A stretch of 64,000 nucleotides of DNA from Laetmonice hystrix (taxonomy: Eukaryota). Positions 13,101-22,840 of the stretch are shown here, piece by piece. Position numbers and translations under genes: made by a program. The DNA is taken from positions 54,748,001 to 54,812,000 of the forward strand of contig OZ249436.1 in assembly GCA_965235115.1 (NCBI GenBank). The letters are read 5' to 3'. Position 1 is the stretch's first letter; every line of letters starts with the position of its first letter. The notes below the pieces were generated by a model. That model was not told where the DNA came from, searched no databases, and was given only the letters and a program-made list of their open reading frames with translations.

Positions 13101-15276
13101 GGAAATGTGAGTGTTCAAAGCGCCACCTAGTGAGTCGCGTTGGTATCACTGGGGAAATGTGAGTATTCAAAGCGCCACGTAGTGAGCTTTAACAGAAAAA
13201 TGGTTGGCTTATTTATGCAGTCAACTAGTTTGATGTGGAAATCAGTAGTATTTTTTAAACCATGAACCAAACTTTGGGCCAGAACCTGTCTACTCCATTG
13301 AATCCTATAGTTAAGACCCGTGTTTTACCAAGGCACTGACTGTTTGGCAGGCTGCAACTTTTTTTTAATTCGGTGACCCCCATTTTTTTTGTTTTAAACT
13401 ATTAGTCCTGATCCACTTGATCTTGTCACCGAGTTTCAGGAAAAAATTGGTGGTCATTTTTTAACTATTAGTCAAAATGTCTGAAAAATCCTGTTTTTCC
13501 CATTGAAACCTATAGTAAAGACCCATTTTTTACGGAGGCGTTTATAAAAAAATCTAATTCGGTGACATATGATTTTTTTTTTGTTTCTTTGTACTCCTAA
13601 GGACAAAGGCTATCCCCCATAAAATATTTTGAAAATTCTAGTGGTCAATCAAATTCTGTCGAACACTCACATTTCCCTTTAAGTCGGCAAAGTGGTATGC
13701 CTTACACAGGTGATTCTACAGATTACTAAAAAGATCCCTACGACTTATCTCATCAAACCGTTGTAAGGTTTACTCGAGTTGGATGCCTGTTGAAAAGGCG
13801 TTCTGTTCTTTGTGTCGTTAATTGCCAACTTACAGTGATCATAAAACCATGGATTTGAATTGTCGAGGTTTTAGGAACTGCAATGGAAAATAAACGTAAG
13901 GTAGTAAAATGCTCCATTTCACCAGGATTATTTCCGTTGTCTGCTGTGAATTCCTCTCGGCGCAGGTGGAATGAAAATTGACGGTTATTGTTGGATAAAG
14001 AGACCCAATCCCGTTCCCAAGAGATAAGGATGAGGAATTCCGTCATATAAGAGACAAAAAACGTTTTTCATATGTTTTGAAATATAGCATGTCGCGCTGC
14101 ATGCGATATGTGCTATCACGAGTACTCTTTTGTCATCCTCCAGATATATGTTACCAAGAATGTCGACATTAACCACGTGGTACACACCACCCGTTCGTTT
14201 ACATCATCTAGTCCCACGTGAAACATTCCATAACAGCCATGGTCCACAATGTTTCCTGATATTGATGAGCCGATATCAGTAACAACAAAAGACAGTGCAC
14301 GCATGCCAAACGTCCAAATTGATTTGGTGATATGTGCAATATCTTATGTCGTGGGGTTGTTTTAAAAAAATAATTTAAGTGTCTACTTGACATGGATCAA
14401 TATTTTTAGGATGTAGCATTGGGCAAGAACGAAAAAGCAATCTAAAAATAGACACAAAACCAGTTGAAAAACTCATGATGTTTCTGTTTAAAATATGATG
14501 TCATTTTAATAAGATTTCCATTTTGTTTCTGTTTTATAGACATGGCAAAAGCGGTACTTTGTCTTACGGGATGACTCGTACGATCGGGGCTGCAGGTTGG
14601 AAATGTATCCTAGTGAAAAGAACTGGAACGATAGCAAAAAGACAGGCCGTCTCGTCATAGACCTACGTCAGGTGACGTACATCGAGGAATACAGAGAGTC
14701 TCGGAGTTTCTCGTGTGCGTTAACCCTGACGAGACGTGGTCAGTCGCCCCTCGTTCTGGGCACTGAGACAGAAAGCGAGCTGAGAGAGTGGGTGGTGGCC
14801 ATACAGCTCCTTGTTTGTAAGAGTTTGTCGAAAGCTCGTCTCAAGAAAGCAGCAGAGAGCCCGCGCATTGGACTTTTACCCTTGTCGCTTTCGTTCTCGG
14901 TGAATGACTCGTTCACGACGAGAAGTCGCCGAGAGAGTTTCCGGAGCACGAGCTCGAGGAGTGGGACGCCAGGGTACTGCTGCAGTCGGGACCACTCGAC
15001 CTCGTCGTCCTGTCCGCCTACTCCGGGAAAAGGTCGGTGTCTCTCGGTCAAGCCGCTCATGTTGACACCGACATTTCAACTACCGTTAAGTAATGGTTAC
15101 GCCTGCGATGATACAATACATGCACGGCGGGCACGGATTCGGGATTTTGAAAAGAAAGCGGGAAGGGGGTGTCCGACATTGGGTAGGAGCTAAATTAGGT
15201 GTCAAAAGGGGCAACTTATGAAAAAAAGGGGCAGGCAGGGATCTGGTGGGTTCTAATTGACAGAAACAGGAGTGAG

Positions 15277-15321
<45 letters not shown>

Positions 15322-18300
15322 GTTGGTTTTAAGTCCTAAAACTTCGGACATCTTCACGGCGCAACAAATTGAGTCAGCGGGCCCGTAACCAGACGGAATT
15401 TCTAGAGGCGAAAATTATCATTCAGTCACCGCAGGGCAACATTTATTAAACATGTGAAGTGTCCGCAGCGCTTTGAGCAGGTGTTACTTTTTTTTAGGGG
15501 TGGGACATACTGACCTAATAATGTGACACGTAAACCGATGAAAAATATTGATTGTTCTCGAAATGAAAAAGTGGAAATATATAATGTTACATTCTTCTCC
15601 ACAAACGGATGGTGACTCCAAACAAACACGACTTTATTTGTACATACGTTGACTCATCCATCGATACCAAGCCTGAGCTCACGTGGCACACAACATTATC
15701 CCGCCATTGGTTGATGCCGTCTACAGCTGAAGGGCCGGGTTTCAACTTAATGTTGCGCACGCCAGCAATGCGGCTCTTCCCCTCCCCTCTCTCATTGCAT
15801 GGTGGCTGATAAATGGTTATCACTTCCGCGAACAGGGTTGTTGATTTGGATGAACATAGTCATTAAGTCGCCATGGCCCCCGGACAATAAAAACGAACGC
15901 CTTTTGCTATACCAGTGCGGTTATATTGATTATACTGAAGGCGATATTGGATAATTGGGGAGGATAGCACAGCACTGGGGGTAATGAAAATGTTGGCCTG
16001 CTTGGCCTATCTAAACCTGGTCAAACTGAGTAAGATTAGGTCCATGCACGGATATATGGAGCCTCACTAACGACAAGACCGATCTCCAGAGGTATCATCC
16101 AGTAATGTAATCAGGCCAGGGTGATTGTACCGTCACCCCCCCCCCCAACACACACACCAAAACACACACCAAAACGCAAATAAATAGAATAAAACGGTAA
16201 AGACAGATCATTGATCAACTCCTAGGAAACATTATGAAAGTCTGAGCCAATCTTGGTCTATGTGCTTTTCTTCAATCCGATACCAACATAGACATCTATA
16301 ACAATTTGATTACAGAAAGGAAAATCTGGAGCTACAACGTTGAAGCTCAACCAACGAGTGCAGCCAAACGAAACGGAATTGTCGGCGACTACCAGATGCG
16401 GATAGTGTTCGACTCTGTGATCGTGACCCGACCTGACGGTGTCACCGAGGCCATCCGATGGAACATGACACACATTCGCAACTTTAAGTCGGATGATATT
16501 GAGGAGGATAAAACACAACAGATGATCACTCTGGAGGCCAGTGTGTAAGTCACCACAACAGGATTTCACTTGATCCGATTCCATTCACCAGTTTCACTCT
16601 GTCTGAGAATGTTTATACAATATCATCGTGTGATTTGGTAAGAAGTATCAGTCGTTCTGATGTTCTGCTCCTAGATTATATAGGTTACATAGGCTAAAAG
16701 CTAAAAACTAAATTATATTAAATAAATCAATGATTGAACGCACTCGCCCTGGATCCGCTATCTCGGGGAAGGGGGGGGGGGTGTTCTTGTTCTTGTTATA
16801 AATCCAGACGTGAGTTTAGACGTGTGAGAGATACCCAGACAGACTGCATGGTCAGTGTACTTGGACGTAAATTGATCACACATGCGGACATTAGCACACC
16901 GCTGGAAGGCAATCAACAGCTGGGCACCCCTTTACCTAACACCCCTGACCTTATCCTTAACCTGCTGCTATCCCTGATCCCTCTCGGCCCTTGTACCGTC
17001 CACTCTGGCCCTCCATGACCTCCCCCGCCTCCCCAGTGCCACTGGGGTTTGTCAGATAGACCTATTCACTTGAATTTAGAATCGATACCTGAGTAGGCAC
17101 ACTATTATGTGATATAGCAATACTGGTCGATGGCGGGTCAGGGCTGTGTCCAAGGGAGTGCACCCCCTAGTTGTTTTTTAGCAACACCCAAAGGTGCACC
17201 CATAAAAGCTTTTTCAAAATCAGTACACAATACAGCATCCACAAATCTAACTGCTTTCCTTTACTTTTAACTCCCCGACTTTCGTAATTTACTCCCCAAC
17301 TTTCGTAAATTTCTCCCACCTCGGTAAGAACCCTTGATACGTTCCTCGTATACAACCTCTCACTGATCTCTCTTCTCTTCCAGACACTGTGGTCGACGGG
17401 AAGGGACTTTTCTCTTCAGGACGACGTCTGGCCGGGAGCTCGTGGCTCGAGTACGTGAGGCTGTACGGGCTCTCAGTACTCGCACGGTCAGCAAGCTCCA
17501 GAGCCGCTACTCGAAGGAAAAGCTGTGCCGAAGTCTTTGTGAGTTCACCTGCCTTTAATTAACAAAATCTTGGTTATGGGATTCAAGTGGTTTTCATGAA
17601 TGAAACATTGATGAAGACGCACTTGTACTAACTGATCAACTAAACAAGTTAAAGCTGCAGAAGAAGTTCCTCAAAAAGTTACATTTTACCCTCAGCAACA
17701 TCATGTTAAAATTTCATAGTTGAAAGATAGAAAAGTGAAGTTACAACTGCATGGCCATCCCAGTAAGTTCGGACAGAACGTTATCTGCACCTAGGGGATT
17801 ATCAGGCAGTTCGGTATAAGCCTCACCTCACACATAACGTTCGGTCCGAACGGTAACTTGACGGCCAATTGTTACTCCATTTCTCTATACTTTCACTGAT
17901 TATTCAAACCTGAAGTTTTAACATGGTGTTGCTAAGGATAAAAAGTAACTTTATGAGAAACGTCATCTGTAGCTTAAGGAGACTGTCCACTATAATATAA
18001 GGCGATTTTAGGTTTAATAGTAGAATTTCACTCTGAAATCTTTCCTGGCTGGGCTTCCCTGTTTAAGGAAATGGGTTTCATCTTTTAATCTCAGAATCAC
18101 AGTAAAATAACAGGGTGATGTCAAAATCGCATGGACGTCGCAAGGAAAATCGCCTTAGTGGATCAGGCCCTTGAAGGTCTTTGATCAATATAGGCATACA
18201 ATTAAGGCGTCCCTCTCACCGAGCGGAGATATCCGGGCAGATATGGCCTTTCGGTACCATGTATGTTTAATTAAAGCGGGGGTTCTCTCTGTACATTGGC

Positions 18301-21300
18301 AGCAATGGCCCAGCGTGCCGAGTCGGAACCGACTTTGGAAGTGCGCCGCTCCCCGTCTCCGCCATGGGCCGGCGGGCCGTGCGGCGCGGAGCCGTGGGCT
18401 GGTAGCAGTGGCAGCCCCTTACGGGACCACTGGCCCAGTCCGGACACACCACCGGCAGAGATGGCCCCCTCTCCGCACGAGTTGGAACCATTCGGCAGAA
18501 TCCAGGAGTGCTTGGATCTGTCTGACAGCAGCGACTTGTTTGATCTGGATCCGCCGCCCGCCGACGGTAAGTAGACCCATACAAACTGATTATTATTCAT
18601 ATAGCATGATACATCATCAAAGAGTTGTCGTCTTAAGAACATTTTCTGTTATGATTTAAGAATGTAAAGTTTTTTTAGACATATATCTTAGAGATACCAG
18701 ATAGTTTTACATGATAGTTGATTCTTATAATAAGATGTGAAATAATTTCCCTTACTTAGTGTAGATCCATGAAGATCTCAGACGCCCCACCACCCTACCA
18801 CTTCGTGTTGTCTGACCGGGACACCGAGCTCCTGACCACGTGTTGCCTGACCGGGACACCCAGCCCCTGACCCCGTGTTGTCTGACCGGGACACCCAGCC
18901 CCTGACCCCGTGTTGTCTGACCGGGACACCGAGCCCCTGGCCCCGTGTTGTCTGACCGGGACACCCAGCCCCTGGCCACGTGTTGTCTGACCGGGACACC
19001 CAGCCCCTGACCACGTGTTGTCTGACCGGGACACCGAACCCCTGGCCCCGTGTTGTCTGACCGGGACACCCAGCCCCTGGCCCCGTGTTGTCTGACCGGG
19101 ACACCCAGCCCCTGACCCCGTGTTGTCTGACCGGGACACCCAACCCCTGGCCACGTGTTGTCTGACCGGGACACCGAGCCCCTGACCACGTGTTGTCTGA
19201 CCGGGACACCCAGCCCCTGGCCACGTGTTGTCTGACCGGGACACCGAGCCCCTGACCACGTGTTGTCTGACCGGGACACCGAGCCCCTGACCACGTGTTG
19301 TCTGACCGGGACACCGAGCCCCTGGCCCCGTGTTGTCTGACCGGGACACCCAGCCCCTGGCCCCGTGTTGTCTGACCGGGACACCCAGCCCCTGACCCCG
19401 TGTTGTCTGACCGGGACACCCAACCCCTGGCCACGTGTTGTCTGACCGGGACACCCAGCCCCTGGCCCCGTGTTGTCTGACCGGGACACCGAGCCCCTGA
19501 CCCCGTGTTGTCTGACCGGGACACCGAGCCCCTGACCCCGTGTTGTCTGACCGGGACACCCATGGGCCCCTGGCCCCGTGTTGTCTGACCGGGACACCCA
19601 GCCCCTGACCCCGTGTTGTCTGACCGGGACACCCAACCCCTGACCCCGTGTTGTCTGACCGGGACACCGAGCTCCTGACCACGTGTTGTGTGACCGGGAC
19701 ACCCAGCCCCTGACCCCGTGTTGTCTGACCGGGACACCCAGCCCCTGACCCCGTGTTGTCTGACCGGGACACCCAACCCCTGACCCCGTGTTGTCTGACC
19801 GGGACACCCAACCCCTGACCCCGTGTTGTCTGACCGGGACACCCAGCCCCTGACCACGTGTTGTCTGACCGGGACACCCAGCCCCTGACCACGTGTTGTC
19901 TGACCGGGACACCGAGCCCCTGACCCCGTGTTGTCTGACCGGGACACCCAGCCCCTGACCCCGTGTTGTCTGACCGGGACACCCAACCCCTGACCCCGTG
20001 TTGTCTGACCGGGACAGCGAGCCCCTGACCCCGTGTTGTCTGACCGGGACACCGAGCCCTTGACCACGTGTTGTCTGACCGGGACACCGAGCCCCTGACC
20101 CCGTGTTGTCTGACCGGGACACCCAGCCCCTGACCCCGTGTTGTCTGACCGGGACACCCAACCCCTGACCCCACGTTGTCTGACCGGGACACCCAGCCCC
20201 TGGCCACCTGTTGTTAATGACAATGTTCTCTCTCCCTCCATCCAGACGCCCCACCACCCTACCTCATCGTGTTGTCTGACCGGGACACCGAGCCCCTGAC
20301 CCCGTGTTGTCTGACCGGGACACCGAGCCCCTGACCCCGTGTTGTCTGACCGGGACACCCAACCCCTGACCCCGTGTTGTCTGACCGGGACACCCAGCCC
20401 CTGACCCCGTGTTGTCTGACCGGGACACCGAGCCCCTGACCACGTGTTGTCTGACCGGGACACCCAGCCCCTGGCCCCGTGTTGTCTGACCGGGACACCG
20501 AGCCCCTGACCACGTGTTGTCTGACCGGGACACCCAGCCCCTGACCACGTGTTGTCTGACCGGGACACCGAGCCCCTGACCCCGTGTTGTCTGACCGGGA
20601 CACCCAGCCCCTGACCCCGTGTTGTCTGACCGGGACACCGAGCCCCTGGCCACCTGTTGTTAATGACAATGTTCTCTCTCCCTCCATCCAGACGCCCCAC
20701 CACCATACCTCATCGTGTTGTCTGACCGGGACACCGAACCCCTGGCCACCTCCACTCCGCTCGATGAGAGGGACAGTCCCCGCTACCACGACCACGTTTC
20801 TTTCGGCGGCAAGGGGCCGTCTCAAAATGGTGGGTGACCAAACATGAGAAGGGAACTGCGAACAGAGAAACTTTGGGGTTATAAAAATATGGAATCATCA
20901 GAAATTGGGCAAAAGAATAGTAAAAAGCGAGGGTTTGACTTTCCATCTCATGCAGCAGGTCCAAATGAGGACCGTATCGTTATGTAACGTGACGGTATAA
21001 TTGGGTATACTCTCCTTGATCCTAAATTACAATTTAACGTCACCATTTTATATCGAACTTCAGGAAGGGAAAGATGGAAGATGCGCCGAACGGACAGCGG
21101 GTACAGCGAATCGTCAGGCGAGATCAGTACCAACAGCGTGGGCGAGGTTCAGCGAGGTCACGGGGGTGTTGTGGGCGCCCACCCACAGAGGTCGCTGTCG
21201 GCGGACGACTGTGCCCGGCGGACGGGCTCCCCCCCGGCACCGCCCCCACGTCCCCGGTCAACCCTCACCACGCGTAGCGTGCCCGTGGTCCCGGCACGGT

Positions 21301-21347
21301 CAGCGTTACCGCCGGCCCTACCGCCACTCCCACCCCGGGACACTTGA
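7048..21347 (+). CDS. DOK/IRS-family adaptor protein (PH domain + IRS-type PTB domain + Pro-rich tail); join(7048..7161,14540..15032,16316..16544,17384..17538,18303..18566,20692..20829,21064..21347), 558 aa
   Basis: Seven exons with GT-AG boundaries and matching intron phases (0,1,2,1,1,1). The joined length is 1677 nt, open from ATG to TGA. PH motifs are IVKKGALHVK..TWQKRYFVLR..RLEMY..ELREWVVAI. PTB motifs are PTSAAKRNGIVGDY..RWNMTHIRNF..ITLEASVHCGRREGTFLFRT. Confidence 0.88.
7842..8023. mobile_element. Short TIR element (hAT5-like family with CA..GG..GATCC termini)
   Basis: Ends cattgggggaatccag and ctggatcccccactg; 5-bp flanks caaaa and ctaaa (1 mismatch). Confidence 0.55.
9223..9498. mobile_element. 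Short TIR element (hAT5-like family)
   Basis: Ends cagggccggatctag and ctggatccgaccctg; 5-bp flanks taggg and tatgg (1 mismatch); internal poly-G. Confidence 0.6.
10424..10569. repeat. Degenerate (CT)n microsatellite
   Basis: Seen directly; it explains the SL-repeat ORFs. Confidence 0.9.
11902..11958. repeat. AT-rich near-perfect palindrome (22-bp arms, 1-nt loop)
   Basis: tactattttcaagattctatta-a-taatagagtcttgaaaatagta (1 mismatch), flanked by aggcct on both sides. Confidence 0.85.
12592..12851. repeat. 38-bp minisatellite, ~7 copies
   Basis: Unit ataacagcagtctgtgccaggtccttgccacatgtaaa. Confidence 0.95.
12886..13098. mobile_element. Two tandem right-end fragments of a TTAA-flanked DNA transposon
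   Basis: gtgtatcacccgct-ttaa occurs twice (~12929-12946 and 13081-13098), each preceded by aaatcgta. I did not find the matching left end. Confidence 0.45.
13099..13678. mobile_element. Non-autonomous DNA transposon (Kolobok-like MITE), 580 bp, TTAA TSD
   Basis: Perfect 18-bp TIR agggaaatgtgagtgttc / gaacactcacatttccct; TTAA at 13095-13098 and 13679-13682; AG..CT termini; internal subterminal repeats. Confidence 0.88.
14540..15032 (+). CDS. DOK/IRS-like gene, exon 2 (PH domain core + Ser/Arg-rich linker)
   Basis: Acceptor ttttgtttctgttttatag|ACA; translation TWQKRYFVLRDDSYDRGCRLEMYPSEK...ELREWVVAIQLL. Donor AAG|GTCGGT at 15033 is phase 1 and matches exon 3. The 3' end is less certain than the 5' end. 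Confidence 0.88.
15274..15319. repeat. (GA)n microsatellite
   Basis: Seen directly in the sequence. Confidence 0.9.
16316..16544 (+). CDS. DOK/IRS-like gene, exon 3 (IRS-type PTB domain, N-terminal part)
   Basis: Acceptor ttacag|AA; translation ERKIWSYNVEAQPTSAAKRNGIVGDYQMRI...WNMTHIRNF...ITLEAS; donor GT|GTAAGT at 16545, phase 2. Confidence 0.88.
17384..17538 (+). CDS. DOK/IRS-like gene, exon 4 (PTB C-terminal part); too short for the ORF track
   Basis: Branch-point-like cactgat, polypyrimidine tract and cag|A. Translation HCGRREGTFLFRTTSGRELVARVREAVRALS... matches the DOK pattern CxxGxGxFxFxT followed by a helix. Donor T|GTGAGT, phase 1. Confidence 0.88.
17649..17977. mobile_element. Fold-back MITE (long imperfect inverted repeat, TTAA at both ends) in intron 4
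   Basis: Left arm aagctgcagaagaagttcctcaaaaagttacattttaccctcagcaacatcatgttaaaa pairs with right arm ttttaacatggtgttgctaaggataaaaagtaactttatgagaaacgtcatctgtagctt. Inner arms gttcggacagaacgttat and ataacgttcggtccgaac also pair. Confidence 0.8.
18303..18566 (+). CDS. DOK/IRS-like gene, exon 5 (disordered Pro/Ser-rich tail)
   Basis: Acceptor ttctctctgtacattggcag|CA in phase 1; GC-rich open frame (ORF 18296..18574); donor G|GTAAGT at 18567. Confidence 0.8.
18804..20750. repeat. 35-bp GC-rich minisatellite, ~40 + ~11 + 1 units, in intron 5 of the DOK-like gene
   Basis: Unit tgttgtctgaccgggacacc(c/g)agcccctg(a/g)cc(c/a)cg, interrupted twice by the same ~60-bp acceptor-containing segment. Confidence 0.97.
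20692..20829 (+). CDS. DOK/IRS-like gene, exon 6 (138-nt symmetric phase 1-1 exon; DAPPPYLIVLSDRDTEPLATSTPLDERDSPRYHDHVSFGGKGPSQNG)
   Basis: Strong acceptor taatgacaatgttctctctccctccatccag|AC; open frame continuing exon 5; donor G|GTGGGT at 20830. Its first ~55 nt overlap the last unit of the 35-bp array. Confidence 0.7.
21064..21347 (+). CDS. DOK/IRS-like gene, last coding exon (Pro-rich SH3-ligand tail)
   Basis: Acceptor aacttcag|GA in phase 1; translation RERWKMRRTDSGYSES...PPAPPPRPR...LPPALPPLPPRDT*; stop TGA at 21345-21347. Confidence 0.8.
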
Positions 21348-22780
21348 ACCTGTGACGGCCGGGGCACCTCCGACACCGGACTATAAGACGGCCACCCCTA
21401 TAGGGAGTCCCGAGGGTGGGTTTGATTGTCATCAGGTGGCATCATGCTCTCGGGACCCCTGTAGGCTGGCGCCGCAAACTTTGATCTCAGTGTGAATAAG
21501 TGATTCGGATGCGAACTTGGAGAGCTTGATGGTGGCGCCTATAACGGGACGGTACACAATACACAGACAAAGGCTATTCTTGCCTCCCGTACATCATACC
21601 TAGGAGCAGGGCGGTGAAACCAGGCGGGAAATATTGAGTTCGGCTAGATGTAAATATTATAGCCTGCCTAGGGCGTGTTCTGTCCAAGCCTGTCGACAAC
21701 AGAGACTGATTATATACAGAACATCCCTTAAATGTGTTCAGCACTTGTGTCAGGGGTGGTTAGGGGGAGTGACTTCGTCTTTTGATGGAACTTTCAGGGA
21801 TTATCCCAAATCAGCATAATTTCCGTGGTTCTGCGGTTTGATATTTTCACCGCGGCGGTGGAACTCGCGCTCAGTCGGTGGATCTCACCCCCCCAAGTCT
21901 TACCCCCACCCCCGTCCCTTAGTATTCACCCGCATGTATTACGCTCACATCAAAAGGTGGTAGAGAAAAGATTGATTGTTTCATGGGCACTCCTTGTGAA
22001 GCTCTTTAAATGATCGTCCATATTTCTCTCGTACCAAAGGTTTCATGACCAGATTCCATTGTGTGATTTTATGTCCCAAGTAAAACGTAGGTCTGTAATC
22101 TCGGAACATTTACATTGGTATCTATCTTTATCATCGTACGCTATGCTTTTTCATCCTCAGTATCGAAGATTAAGAATGCAAAGGCCAGTAAACTTGTTCT
22201 CATACATTAAAATGGTTGATCTTAGTTCTGCCTCAGTTCTGAATATTTTCTGTGATATTTTTTATTAATTAAATGTTGAAAAAAACATAAATGAGTTCCT
22301 TTATTTTACCGCCCAAAATATCTGTGAAATCTGCCAACTCTGAATGTAGTCTTACAAGTAAAACTTACTTAGGCTATTACTTTAAGTTCAACCCTTGGTA
22401 TTGGAAGGGTTATCTCACGAATTTCAAGTAAAACGTGACGTTTTACCAAAATGTACGCCTGTTTTGCGCTTCTCAGATATCCTCGACAGCTCACCCATAC
22501 CTTTTCATATCAGTTTGATGAATATCATCTAACATAATAGATTTTCAATGTTTCATACGATATGAAAATGAAGTCCAGAGAATTGTACCTATAGCTATAG
22601 CTGTGTTTGATAGTGATCGATTCTCACCGTAAGCTCATTTCATAATAGGGTAAGAACTTAATATTGCATAATATTATATTTCTGTGTGTATAGGACAGGG
22701 GTTGAGGTATTCATGGACAAAGTTGGGAACCTTAAATCAGAAAATTATAACCGTGGCAGCAGGGCGCATTTCGCGTAGTT

Positions 22781-22840
22781 ACCCGTATCCCGCGTATAGT
22801 CACCCGTATTCCGCGTATAGTCACCCGTATTCCGCGTATT
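22781..22840. repeat. 21-bp tandem repeat x3
   Basis: Unit acccgtattccgcgtatagtc. Confidence 0.85.

Noticed and set aside
15033..15193. 3' extension of ORF 14597..15193
   Set aside because: Read-through into intron 2 past the phase-compatible donor at 15033, running into a G-rich repeat-like fragment.
18804..20750. CRISPR-like array (also considered for the other tandem arrays)
   Set aside because: Units are head-to-tail with no unique spacers, there are no cas genes, and the context is eukaryotic with introns.
18752..20825. Long minus-strand ORFs of 470-642 aa in all three frames
   Set aside because: Artefact of a stop-free 35-bp tandem repeat: the same peptide cycles through all three frames, antisense to a real gene's intron.
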